Part shown: positions 13,301 through 26,352 of the stretch, piece after piece
Position numbering within the stretch: the stretch's first letter is position 1
How the letters are laid out: the number at the start of each line of letters is the position of its first letter
NCBI RefSeq assembly: GCF_026571515.1
Contig: NW_026860036.1
Location: 248,001-300,933, forward strand
Length of the DNA: 52,933 bases
From: Ruditapes philippinarum
Lineage: Eukaryota
Direction: 5' to 3'
Notes under the pieces: generated by a model
The model's database searches: none
What the model was told of the DNA's origin: nothing
The model's input: only the letters and a program-made list of their open reading frames with translations
Position numbers and translations under genes: made by a program

Positions 13301-16300
13301 TCTATCTATCTAGCCACCTACCTAGCTAGCTAGCTAGCTAGCTAGCTACCTACCTACCTACCTACCTACCTACCTTGTCTTGTCTTGTCTTGTCTGTATG
13401 TCCGTCCGTCCGTCCATCTATCTTTAAGCGTATGCATACTTTCAGTTTAAGATAGAAATTTTACTTATCGTACTTTTGAGGTCAAACTAACTACTAGTAT
13501 ATGCTAATGTTCATAGTATTTTTGATATCAAAACAAGTGTATGCTGACTGTAAGTTTTACATAGTAAATGCTTACTTAACTGATTTCTATGCTTACTGTT
13601 AATTTGATATGTAGATAACCGTAAAACAACAGTCCCTCCCAGATATTAACAATTCAATTCAATTCAAATGTTGTTGCATTTTTTCGGCAAACCTTTGCCT
13701 TTGGCAATACATACAAAACATACATAAATCACTAGAAATATGACTAACATTCAATACAAATATACAATGTTCACATAAAATGCAGAAACATATTAAATCT
13801 ACAATTCTTGCATTGTTTCTAAAACACTAGATCTTAATGCGAATGATTTATCTAGAAATTTACATAATTGCAATATTCTATTTTTGATCCTATCATGTTT
13901 TAGATAATGTCATCACATAATGCCATGTTAGTTATTTAATGTTGGAAAAGATACATGTTTAATTAAAGAGTTTCTCAGTTCTGAATATAAGGGACAACAT
14001 AATAAGAAGTGGTATTCTAATTCACCATTTTTATACTAGCATAATTTACATAATCAGTTATTTCTATCCGTTCTCATATATCTCCCTGTTTCTATTTTAA
14101 GGAATGAGAACATAATATATAACATGATAGTTGTTTACGTAAATTGTCATTCTTTACAATACAAAACTGTGTTTTATATTTATTATAGTAATCAAGCTTT
14201 GGCATAATATCTATACAATCGTACCATTGTTATAAATTGATCTCTTAATCTCTGCTTAAATTCCATTGGACGCGTTTAGCCAAACATTTATCATTCCCAT
14301 TAATGCATTGGTCTAAATATATATATGTTATATAGGCGCCTGCTGACGGTTAACGATTGTATTCTAAAATCGTAAAGCTCTTTCCTTACATAAAACAAAG
14401 GAAATTCACCTAGTTCTTCATAGACAGCAAAATTTGGGGTCTGTCTTTTGACACCTAAAACATATTTATAAAATCTTATCTGTAGTTTTACAAGGTTATA
14501 TATACCCCAAACCTCTGACCCATATAATAAGATTGGAGCTACCATTCTTTCAAACAAGTATAATTTTGTTATAACATCGAATTTAACTCTATCAAAAAGT
14601 GCGAGAAAATTTAGGTAAGTTCTTAGACCTTGATCTGAAAATGTTTTCACAGCTTCAACAAAACTACCTGTGTAAGAAAATTTCACTCCTAAATATGTAA
14701 AACCATCTACATTTTCAACAAATTGACCATTTATAAATATATCAAAATTATGGATTGACTTACGTTTTTCAAATTTTTGATAACATCTATCTTTAGACCA
14801 CATTTATATGAATATTCAAAATCATGATCAACTTGTGTCTGCAGGCTTGCAGGGTCAGTTTTAAACAACACAAAACAACACATCTGCAAAAGTAACAACT
14901 ACTTTTTATAAAATTAACAGTGATAAAAACCACGTGCCTAAGCCCTACTGTAATTTTGAGAGAGTAACAGCCTTGTGCTCAATGTAAAACTTAGATTTTA
15001 ATATCCGAATGCTTTTAAAAGATGGAAATGACCTTATATCATATTTAAATAACGGTATACCTATTGTTAGTTTGGGATCAAATAACCTTACGTTTAAAAT
15101 AAGTTTAAAATTCATTTTAAATTCTAAATTTTTTAACATAACACATTTAATTTGGATTTGATAAAGTAATCTTACTTTCACTTCATTATTTCCAGCAATG
15201 GATCGTGCGAACAGTACTTGAAAATCATGAATGCCGACAACAATACTGTGAATGATTGGAGCTGTTCTGAGAATACCGTTGATGTTGTCTCCGCTATCGT
15301 TCCTAATTACGTCATTATTTACTTCAGTAAGAACAATAAAGACGTAGGTGGGCGATTCTGGATAGGATTCCAACGTGAGTATTTAGTAAATTTCAATAAC
15401 CATAGCAAACAATCATTATATCGAATGAAAATACTGATGTTAATTAACTTTGTTTTGTTATTATGTAATGATAAAAGGCCATATTGAAAACATAGAGCAT
15501 TTTAGAATACGAAAGCAAGCAGTAAACCAGAAGCAATAATGTCTGCCTATCAATATGGGTATCAATCATGGGTTCGAGTCTAAGGATCATTCCCAGAACA
15601 GTATTTATGCCTTTTAACAAGACAAAATATCTGCTGGCAAACTTTTTTAGTTGAATTTTTATTTTGAAAACTTGAATACTTACACAGCGACAACTTCGTC
15701 GAACATCACTGTCAATTGTCCTCCAGAATATCCGACAATGTGTGAGAGAACGACTACTTCAACTTTATCGTCCACAACAACTACTATATCTAGCTCGAGC
15801 GAGTCTTTGAACTACTCAACTTCAACTAACAGTCCACCAGCAGTAATTTCTACATCTCAGACGATTACTACCGATTCAAACTATGGTAAATTGTANNNNN
15901 NNNNNNNNNNNNNNNNNNNNNNNNNNNNNNNNNNNNNNNNNNNNNNNNNNNNNNNNNNNNNNNNNNNNNNNNNNNNNNNNNNNNNNNNNNNNNNNNNNNN
16001 NNNNNNNNNNNNNNNNNNNNNNNNNNNNNNNNNNNNNNCTATCTGATTCGCAGCATCTATCGTGCAGCGGTTAGATAGATAAATAAATTATATAATAATG
16101 CCTGTTCATTTATGCGAGATATAATGCTCATATTTGTGTTTGTGCATTTAGAACAGAATGGTAGATTCTAATGTCTCATCTTTTAACTGCATATAACTAT
16201 ATTGGTAATAATTAATTTATTTCAGACTGGGTGCCAATAGTGATAGGTGTGTTTGCAGGATTAATTTTTATCGTGATAGTAATTCTTATAACTTTGTACT

Positions 16301-18030
16301 CCCGCAACTTCGGAGTTTGTCAACGGCGCAAACAAGTTAAGGTATTTTTACACATTTATACATATATGAATAGTTTTTATAATGTTTGCGTATTTGTAGC
16401 AGTAACCTACGCTTTCTTTGAAATTTACTTTGGAAACTTACATGTAATTCTATAGCGATATATTAAATGTTTATATTTTTGCTAATTTACAAATTGTCAT
16501 AAAATGCGAATTAGTGCTATGTTTTAATATATGTTGCAGAAAGAAATTATTAGAGGAGATGCAAATAATGGCGGAAATAAAAATAAACCTTTACAAACGG
16601 CTGAAATAATATCTGAAGTAGAAAATAAGAAAGCAGCAGACTCAAACCCAGTTCTATGGCCAAACAAAACTACAAAGACTAGACATAATCATGAAGCTAA
16701 ATCAACACGCACAGCACATGATAAAATAGACGAAAGTGTCGCGACAAATAAGAAAGTAAAGTCCAGTAAAAAAAGTAAAATTCAACCAGATGGAAAAAGA
16801 ATAGGAGAAAAGGTTGTCAGTACTAGTGGAAAAAAAGTAAAATCGTCACCAAGAAGTGCTACAACTAACTCCTCACAAAATATACTTGATGTTAATAACA
16901 AGAGAACACATCAACGGAATAATGACCATGTTATTCAAGATGGTGAAAATTGGAAAGGAGAAAATACAGTCACTGCCGATGAAAAGAAAGAAAATTTGCC
17001 AAGATTATCATCTAGAGCTACTATGGACTCGTCAAAGGGCAAAGCATTTCTACATAACAAGAAAACAGGGCAGTTGAATGAAACTCAGATTTTTAAAGGT
17101 GATTCTCATGATCAAAATCCGAACACTAACACCGAACCACTGAGTACAACAGTTGCATCCGAAATATTACCCGGGAATAGCCTATTAATAGTAAAAAATG
17201 ACATAAATATGATTCCAAAAGAAAAAAGGGCACCGGCATCCCCTATTCGAAATGAAACAGCTTTCAATGTAGGCGGATCTAGACCAGAGAGTGCAACTAA
17301 ATCTTACAGAAGGAAGAAAAGAAGTAGTTTACATAGAAATCATTTAAGATATAAGAACACTCCAACCACCAACCAAGAAAGATCGTATCCAAGACCTTAT
17401 CACGATTCATATAGCAGCGAATTTGAAAGTGTGGACGAGAATGATGACGATGATGACATCAAACCGTTAGGTCACGAAAACCGACATCTTCATAAAGTCA
17501 AAGATGCCTTTCTCGTGAGTAAAAACACTAAGGTTTCTCAAAGGTCTGGTCATAAGAAAAAGAGACGTAATAAGATTAGTCCGACACATTTGAGTTTAAA
17601 ACACCGACATCATGCTCAACTCAAGAGTAAACCATTCAGTTTGTTGGATACAGACATAAAAGTTCTGCTTGGTATTATTGACAATTATGATGAAAACAGG
17701 TACTCGACCATGGTAAACAATAGTCAAGGTTTAACAAGATCTGAAGCGATGAATGATTTATCTAGAAAAAGTCGAAGAAAAAGGTCAGTAAATGCAAATG
17801 GTTCTACAGACAAAAACAAAGAATTAGTCGAAAATGATGCGTACAATGATATTACCGATGTTGAAAACAAAGATGATAGTTTGCGAATCGTTAAACCTAC
17901 TACATGTAGAAGCCCACAAATGGCACAAACGGAAAGCTTAAAGACAACATTGGAAGCAGTTCTTAATTCGTCAAAACTAAATCTGAAAAGTAAAAAGAAA
18001 CAAAATAATACTCAAAAAGGTAAACATTAA
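10340..18030 (+). CDS. Gene A: type-I membrane protein, signal peptide + SUEL/rhamnose-binding-lectin-like domain + CUB-like domain + Ser/Thr stalk + TM + ~500-aa basic disordered cytoplasmic tail (about 879 aa)
   Basis: Exons 10340-10409 (MFKLVFLYWLVLVF...), 10767-11156 (Cys-rich, ends YMYINYNCI), 11644-11839 and 15196-15374 (VYIWSKDYP...CSIEI...CEQYLKI...RFWIGF), 15688-15885 (CPP...C + Thr-rich), 16226-16341 (TM WVPIVIGVFAGLIFIVIVILITLY) and 16540-18030. All GT-AG, phases 1,1,2,1,1,0, total 2640 nt in one open frame. Exon-by-exon homology with gene C. An extra exon inside an N gap cannot be excluded. Confidence 0.85.
12194..12779. other. assembly gap (N run)
   Basis: Run of n. Confidence 1.
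12780..13909. repeat. ~510-bp direct duplication (12780-13289 / 13395-13909) separated by a compound microsatellite (ATCT/AGCT/ACCT/CTTGT/GTCC)
   Basis: Two almost identical copies beginning tgtatgtccgtccgtccgtcc, differing at about 3 sites; directly abuts an N gap. Confidence 0.9.
13910..14920 (-). mobile_element. degenerate non-LTR retrotransposon (LINE, RTE-X-like) reverse-transcriptase C-terminal fragment in gene A intron 3
   Basis: ORF 14300-14803 has FTYLGVKF and LFERMVAPILLYGSEVWG, typical LINE RT thumb-region motifs. It is frameshifted and its boundaries are approximate. Confidence 0.8.
15896..16038. other. assembly gap (N run)
   Basis: Run of n. Confidence 1.
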
Positions 18031-18289
18031 ACATTGAAAAGAAGGTGAACAATATTGATGCGGACAATGTGGTGTTTGTCTCTAAATGCTATGATGACGG
18101 TACGATGATTGAAACCGTTTTTACTATAGTACTAAATTACATTTTATTAAACATGACGTTATTTTGTAACAGTTATTTTTTGGCATGGTTAAATAAAGAC
18201 ACAGTACATATATATACATGTACTTGTATCTTTATGTCTCTTTTAGATATATAAAGTGTTGGTGATTGTGATAATAAGCATTCCTTATT

Positions 18290-19803
18290 TTTTTAGCTCA
18301 CCTGAGCTTGCTCAGGGTGAGCTATTAGGATCGGTGAATGTCCGTCGTCCGTCGTCCGTCGTATGTCCACAATTGCTTGTGAACACTCTAGCGGTCGCAT
18401 TTTTGCCTCAATCATCATCAAACTTGGTCAGGATGCTTATCTAGTTGAAAGCTCGGATGAGTTCGAACATGGCTCATCTCGGATGAAAAACTAGGTCACA
18501 AGAGCTAAAAATAGAAAAACCTTGTGAACACTCTAGAGGTCACAATTTTGAACCAATCATCATCAAACTTTGTCAGGATGCTTGTTTAGATAATAGCTCG
18601 GATGAGTTCGAATATGGGTCATCTCGGATGAAAAACTAAGTCACCGGAGCTATAAGTAGAAAAACCTTGTTAACACTCTAGCGGTCACATTCTTGCATCA
18701 ATCATCATCAAACTTGGTCAGGATGCTTATCTAGTTGATAGCTTGAATGAGTTTGAACATAAGTCATCTCGGATGAAAATGTAGGTCACCGGAGCTAAAA
18801 ATAGAAAAACCTTGTTAACACTCTAGCGGTCACATTTTTGCATCAATAATTATCAAACTTGGTCAAGATGCTTGTCTAGGTGATAGCTCGGATGAGTTTG
18901 AACATGGGTTATCTCGGATGAAAAAGAAGGTCACCGGAGCTAAAAATAGAAAAACCTTGTTAACACTCTAGCGGTCACATTTTTCATCAATCATCATCAA
19001 ACTTGATCAAGATGCTGCTTGTCTAGGTGATAGCTCGGATGAGTTCGAACATGGGTCATCTCGGATGAAAAACTAGGTCACAGGAGCTAAAAATAGAAAA
19101 ACCTTGTTAACACTCTAGTGGTCACAATTTTGACTCAATTGTCATCAAACTTGGTCAGGAAACTTGTCTAGGTCATTGCTGGGAATAAATCGAACATGGG
19201 ACATCTCGGATGAAAAACTAGGTCACAGGAGCTAAAAATAGAAAAATCTTGTTAACACTCTAGTGGCTACTGTTGTGATCCAAATATTCTGTTAATTGGT
19301 CTGAAAGTTTGTTTTGATGATTTCTAAGTCAAGATCGAACATGGGTCATCTTGGATGAAAAACTAGGTCACACCGCCCAAATATGGAAAAACATTGTTAA
19401 CATTCTAGTGGTCACATTTTCGACTCAATTATCATGAAACTTGGTCAGGATGCTTGTCTAGGTAATTGCATGGATGAGTTCGAAATCGCATGTGAAACTA
19501 GGTCACCGGAGCTAAAAATAGAAAAATCTTGTTAACACTCTAGTTGCTACTGTTTTTATCCAAGTATCCTGGAAAGTGGCCTGAAAGTTTGTTTTGATGA
19601 TTTCTAGGTCAAGTTTGAATATGTGTCACCTGGGTAAAAAACTAGGTCGCACTGCTCAAATATGGATAATCCTTGTTAACACTGTAGTGGTCACATTTTT
19701 GACTCACCTGTCATGAGACTTGGTCAGAATGCTTGTCTAGGTAATTGTTTGGATGAGTTTGATAAGTCAGGTGAGCGATCTAGGGCCATCATGGCCCTCT
19801 TGT
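18290..19803 (+). mobile_element. non-autonomous Helentron/HINE (DINE-1/pearl-like) element with ~10 internal 145-bp tandem repeats
   Basis: 5' TTTTAGCTCACCTGAG...GGTGAGCTA inverted repeat, GTCC/GTC microsatellite, AACACTCTA spaced about 145 bp apart, 3' CAGGTGAGCG sub-terminal IR and AGGGCCATCATGGCCCT palindrome. Inserted in a T-rich site; the duplicate segment has an empty site at about 44490. Confidence 0.9.
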
Positions 19804-21853
19804 TGTTTGTTTTAATCGTAATGTCTTTTTCTGCAGGAGTCATTGTATAATTATCTATTCTTTTGTAAGTTTTTGGTAGCAAGTATAAAAAAGTTATCAA
19901 AAGTATTATGCTCGTTAAACGAACGAACGTTATGAAACATAATTGTAAGCAGTGGGAAGTAGTAAGATTCGATAATATTCGTAAAAGTAGGACGTCCTAT
20001 TTTGAAATTTTATAAAAAAAGTGTCTTTATTGTTTAGTAATGTTTAAAATATAAACTCAACTAAATTTTTTTGCAGAACTAGACAAAAATTGTTTTTACA
20101 ACACAGCTCTATTCTATTATCGAAAAAAAAAAACAAACAACAAAGGTGAAATATTTAAACCCCAGTTTGTAACAATATTTGAAAGAGAGGGATTTGATCA
20201 CAGGTCAAAATATATTAAAGAATAGCGGTGTGATCAAATGAAATCGTATAAAAAACTACTTCTATGTCCCTATGAAAGCCGTGCTCCATAACAATACAAA
20301 GTAAGTTTCAGTTTTTTTTAGTTTTTTTTAAATATTTTCACTTACATTCAATATAAATGTTTTTGTTTTTTACAATTAAATAGGCCTTCAACTTATAAAA
20401 ATAAGTAAAAAGTAAAATACAGGCGTAAAATAAAATGCACACCAATAGTCATTTAGTAGTTGTCTAAAAAGAAGCACCTCAATTACATATATATTGAACA
20501 TAAATATTGGATATATTTTAAAGACAAGGTGAATAATTTTTTGCTATTGAAATTAATTTTGGATCAGAGCAGCCATCTCTTAAAACAAAACATTGCCATT
20601 GACGAGTGTTGTATTAATACAACCAAATCATGATGATCAACGATCATCTATTAAGGCAAAAACAAGAGATAATGATCTAAAATTTAGTAGGGAATGTAAA
20701 CTATTTCTCTTAGATTGGTATAGATAATGCCAAACTGTCACATTTCTGACTACTCTGATTACTCATACTAACCTTTCCATTATATATGCAAGGAATGTAA
20801 GAGGTGTTTTTCAATGGTGATACGGTATCCTTTACAGTTAACAGGTTTATCAAGATGGCTACATTAACCTTTATCTATGCCTGACGCAGTCAGAAGCGGT
20901 TTGTCCATCATAAGCTATTGGCTATTGTGAATAATGCATAAAGCGTTGTTACATATAACACTAAGCAAAGAATATGAACACATCATTCAAGAGATTCTAT
21001 TTGAAAAATACGATATAGGATTGAATGCCGGCATATTTTATCTGTATAAGCGTAAACAAAAGACTATCCAAATATTGTTTTATTTGTTAACAGTATACGT
21101 ATGAACAAAGAACATTTCAAATTTTGTTAACCTAATTGTATTACCCTTTGTCACCTTCTCAAAATTTGTATTAACCAATGTTAAAATGTTATTATAAATA
21201 TTACATTTATTTTAAAAAAATACGGCATAAAATATTTTTGTTTCAAATATTTACATGTCTTTTTTGTATAGATACGCCTAAAACTAAACTGTAGATGGGA
21301 AAAATAGTGTTACTTTTGTGATGTTTTATGAAACTTGAGCAGTATTGTTTCAAATCGATGGACATATTAAAGCATTAAAATTAAGGAGATACAATATGAT
21401 TTGATAAATTAACTTTTTAATTTAACGAAATGTGTTTTAATATACATTTTAATAAAAGATACTATTTGATGTATTGATTTTAACATGAATATCAGTTCGC
21501 CTAATTTGTAATAAAAATGAACACTAGTGTCTTTGGAATGATGATTCATTTCTATAGTTATAACAATCATAAATTTCACTTAAATAAATGTTAAGATAAG
21601 ATGTGCATTTTATATCAACACAATAAACATTATCGAATGTGAATAAATTCAATCATCTTATACTTATAATATAGCTTTTTTTCTAAAAAAATAACATTTT
21701 TAACAATTAAATTTTAAAAAATCCATGGAATGATAAACTACTTTTTATTTGTCTAACCATATCATTTCTAAGCTGATCCACAGGTTTAAGACAAACTATT
21801 TTCTGTGTTTAAAGATTTTAATAGCGCATTTTTCTGGTGAACATTTCAAAACA

Positions 21854-24800
21854 ATGAGAAAGTCGCGTGACCGTTTAATTTTAGTTATCACCATATTTGC
21901 TATATCCAGATCAGGTAAGAATTGAAATCTTAAATATTTTTATTTCATCTCATATTTCCCCTTTCTTTTTAAATATCATTTTGATATAAAAGAAAAAATC
22001 TGAAATTAAAATGAAACTTTTTTATTGTATGACCCTTCATAACCATCTTTAGTTTTGTGTGATCCAAATTTCACGTTTTTGGCTGCAAAGCTGCAAGACA
22101 TTTATTTTGGAAAACTTGTTCCGGTTAGGTGGTTTCCTGCTTACATATGTTAGTGCATGATTGAACGGGAAACCAGCTGCAATCGTGCCAATCGCAACTT
22201 TTCGGCCCTTTCCGTCACTCTTCGGATTAATGATAATAGCCGATGTAGTTCCGATTGCAATCGTGACAATTCGGGCGAGTAATATTACCGAAATCTAAGC
22301 TATTTTAGTTACTTCGGTAATCCCAGTTTGTTTATATAAATAGGATTTCTATTTTTACTTGATTCCGTTTCAATTCTTTTTCAAGACGCAAAAGTTAGTT
22401 TCTTTTATAATTGTTTTTGTCTTTATTAGTTTTATACAATAGAGAATGGTTACTGTAGTTAGTAGTATTCCGTCTCCAATTTAAAGAGCGGTCCTGCTTA
22501 TCAAAAGATCGTGACCGAATCACGCAGAATATTAGTGCATGATCAAGTTATATTTAGATCTAGCGTCTTGGTAAAGTAATCTAAAAATAGCCCATGCATA
22601 TCATTAACCTTGCCACGTGCTGATCTCCATAGATATTTTAAGTGTAACATAGTTGATACATGCTTATTAATTGGTACCACGTAACGAAGTCTTTTAGTGC
22701 ATTTACTTGTCTCTAAAGCTGCTATAAATGAAATTAGCAACTGCCAAAACGAAAAAACCCTACATATCCCTTTAAAAGTGAAACTTTTTTTTCGAGAAAA
22801 AAAACTAAATAAACCCTTTATAATATACAAATACGTAATTAAAAAAATGTGATAATAAATTGAAACAAAAAAAAAAAAAACAAATTTAAAGGGAAGGGAT
22901 GATGGCACAACTGAGCAAGCCTTTCCTTTTTAAAGGAAACTTTATTTCCCCTCGAACTGTTTTGTTTCAATTGCTGATCTTTTTAATTTTTAGGAAACAA
23001 TTACATTATGTATAAACACAAAGCAATTAAAGTTTATTAGTGTAAGAAATTAAATGATTGATATAGTTCTGTAAGGTATTAAATGCAAAAAATCCGTTGT
23101 AGTATGTTATTAGATTTGATAGCAATCCGTCAAACAGTTGTTTTTATAAAATGCTTTTTAAAAATTTATTACAGCTACTTCCGCGTCGTCGACTGCTTCA
23201 ACGTTCTCATCGACTCAAAAATTAGACACAACAACAAAAAATGATGAGACGTATACCTCTTCCCAATCTACTGTTTCTTTTTCAACTGATATTCCAACAA
23301 CAACTAGTGGTATAGACACCACAGTTGAACCAACAAGTATGATATCATCTACTGAATCTGGTACAACCACGGGCGATTTATCAACGACAACTGCAGCATC
23401 TGATACATCAGTCGATGATCTAAGCACAACTACCACAGGTGATATTGACTTTACAACATCAGATGATCTTGAGCCGTCCACAACTGATTTAGAGACAACT
23501 TCAAGTGAACAAATAACAACGGAAACTTCTACACAATTTACAGATCTAACCACATCAGTCGCTGCCGAAACAACAACGACTTCTTTAATTTCATCTAGAG
23601 CATCTACAGGTATGTCAACAACAGTCGACCAGGATACTACCATAGGTGAATCGACTACAATTACAGACTCCCCCACAACATCAACACAACCAGATCTAAC
23701 AACGTCGTCGCTAGGGAAAGAAACAACTAGTATAGCTTCAGGTCAATTATGCCAAACAAGAGACGAGTTTGAGCAAGGTAATTAAACATGAAGATACCTA
23801 CCATTTAAGAAATTGTTGTTGTTGTTGTTGTTGTTGTAGATGATATTTTTGAACAGTAACTTATAAATCATAATAGCTTTTTTTTAGATCATAGATCCAA
23901 ATCTACATGCATATATTTGTTTTAATGTTTATAACTGACTATTTTTTGAAACCCTACTCTCAACTTAAGCTATAAATTATACGTAATAAGACTTGATTGT
24001 TTCTTCTGCCATTGAATAATTGTTTCTGTGTGTATTTTATTATCAGATGACGTCAGAAATTATGTCATTATTGCATTAAGCGTTGCTCTTGGTACTATGA
24101 GCATCTGTGTGATGATATGGTGTGTTATATCAAGATTGTTTGTGAATGTAAGTACTTACAAGCTATTTTAGAAATAATATCGGTCTCAGCGGTGTTTATC
24201 AGCTGACACCCGTGTGGAGTTTTGATGCATAGGAATCGACCACGAAGGCCGTTGGCTTCTGAGTGGTTAATATTGTCGCATTAAATCGACAAACCTATAT
24301 TAAATAGCCGATTAACACCGCTTAGTCCGATTTTTTTTTGATTTTATAATATGATAAAATAAGGGAGACCATAAATGTTTTGTTTTAAGCCGATATTTTT
24401 CCGTTGCCGATTTTGTTATTTAGGACTCCTCTTTCGCTAAGGTATAAAAAAATAAACAAAAGAAATACAAATAAGAAAAATATGTCACACTTTTTTTTTT
24501 TCATCAATGATTTTGTTTTGTTTTTCAACAATTCAAACTTCCGTGTCAAACTTGATTGTCTTGTGATTCGGTTTTACAACATTTTAAACTTAAGTGTCAA
24601 ACATCCATCACCCATTGCAGTTTAAGGTAACGCCATTCTGGCAATTTTAAGAATGAGTTGACTACTAAAAATGACGTCAATACGCTGATTAATATTGCCT
24701 AAGTATTTTCTCTAATAAATTATATCAACTGATATGGGTAAAAATGTAGCATTATTGCATGTGAAATGTCAATTTAGTATCATATTGAAAGAAAACAATT

Positions 24801-26352
24801 GTGAGCGGAAAAAATCAATTATTTGGTTATTATTTTTGCCTTCAAAGGATTTGTTTATCCATCTTAAGGGATGGAGGAAAAAAGAACAGCCGATTAATCT
24901 TGTAGTCCCTAACCAGTGTTTATTGGCAGCTAACCATGTGAATAGCGACGCAATCACGAAGCTTGTTAGAATTGTTTTTAACATTTATAATTAAACTTTT
25001 GAAAGTCTAACTAAAATGAAAAAAGATGTAAATTGGGAGTTATTTTGTGGAATAAGATATCGTGCATTTAACACGATAACTAATTAAAAATTTCAAAAGT
25101 ATGTAAGAAATTGGAGTTTAACTACACATTTTCTTGTATTGCTATATTTAAGGTGAAGAAAACTATGATATCTGCAGGCACACAAACAGATTTCTTTATT
25201 TCAAAGGAAATTTATGTTCGTCCTTTGCCTCCAATAGATACACACATGAAGAAGTCAAATCCCTTTATAAATATAGACAGGAATACATGTGAAGACAAAA
25301 AATATCCGATGGATGTTCGCGTTGATATAGATCCCGATAACCCCCCTTTCGATAATAAATTGGATATTTTTTCCGAATGTGAATGTAGAAAAGTTAAAAA
25401 AGACGAAAAAATTAAGGAATGCAGAGAATATGATGGGTTGCTTTCACAATTAGTAGCAGAACCGACCGAGAGGTCATGTATGTCGAACGAGGATATAAAA
25501 TCCACTGACACAGATCTTTTATCAGAAGACATGAACATACTGGATTCTGAAGAATTCTTTAATCTCATTTTCGTTAGTGAGTATCCAATAATGGAAAATC
25601 CAGACTCATTGGCTTCAATTACTGGACTTCCCCGATCAGTGTCTAATTCTGATTCAATTTCTTCGTTTGATAAAATAAAAGAAAGAAGAGATGTAGTACA
25701 CGACATTTCCGGAATAGACAATGAAAAGGATGAAGGATCTAAATCTAAGACAAATGTGATTGGAGCAAGTATGAAAAATAAAAAGCCATCGTTTCAAACT
25801 AACCATTGTTTAAATGATGAAGAACCGTTTGAAGAGACAATAAATTTAGATACTGACGAAACAAAGCAAACAATGCGTCACGTGACATTTGCAGAACCTA
25901 AAGAACAAATTTTGAATCACAGCTTAAACTGTCAAGAAGTCGATCAAGAAGATTGTGTAGTCACCTTGGTAAGTCCTAAATACAGTAGATTAGAAAACTC
26001 AGAGACAAACACTGTCGAAATAACTGATTCATCAAGCCCAGGAAAATTGAGTATCAGTAGGAAATGGAAAAAGGTTCACAAGAACAGAGAAATAAATACT
26101 GACGTCATAAAAACTTTACCATTGTCACAAATTCAAAAGAAATATCTGGTTACATATGGCATTATATCAAATGAATGTAGTACCAATTCTGACATTAAAA
26201 TGACGAAGTCGTTAAGAAAAATAATAGCAAGAAAAACACTAAAAATAAAAGCAAACTCAAAAAAGAAATGGTCTCTGCCAAAACCTGAACTCAAGTTTCA
26301 AAGTGAACCGTACAGTAGTTTGTATTCTCGACTGTCACATTTTGAAACTTGA
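21854..26352 (+). CDS. Gene B: type-I membrane mucin-like protein, signal peptide + ~200-aa Thr/Ser/Asp mucin domain + TM + ~400-aa cytoplasmic tail (about 654 aa)
   Basis: Exons 21854-21914 (MRKSRDRLILVITIFAISRS), 23175-23777 (Thr-rich), 24047-24147 (TM YVIIALSVALGTMSICVMIWCVI) and 25153-26352. GT-AG, phases 1,1,0, total 1965 nt in frame. Confidence 0.82.
24178..24331. repeat. inverted-repeat (fold-back) segment, probably part of a non-autonomous DNA transposon in gene B intron 3
   Basis: atcggtctcagcggtgtttatcagct ... agccgattaacaccgcttagtccgat are imperfect inverted repeats. Confidence 0.5.

Noticed and set aside
12780-13909. Biological 510-bp duplication
   Set aside because: It abuts an N gap and the copies differ at only about 3 sites, so it is most likely a scaffolding or allelic artefact.
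9599-16074. ORFs containing X runs
   Set aside because: They are artefacts of translating N gaps.
23215-23676. Val-rich antisense ORFs (also 25212-25721, 31490-32320, 33983-34207, 52094-52384)
   Set aside because: They are shadow frames of real exons on the opposite strand.
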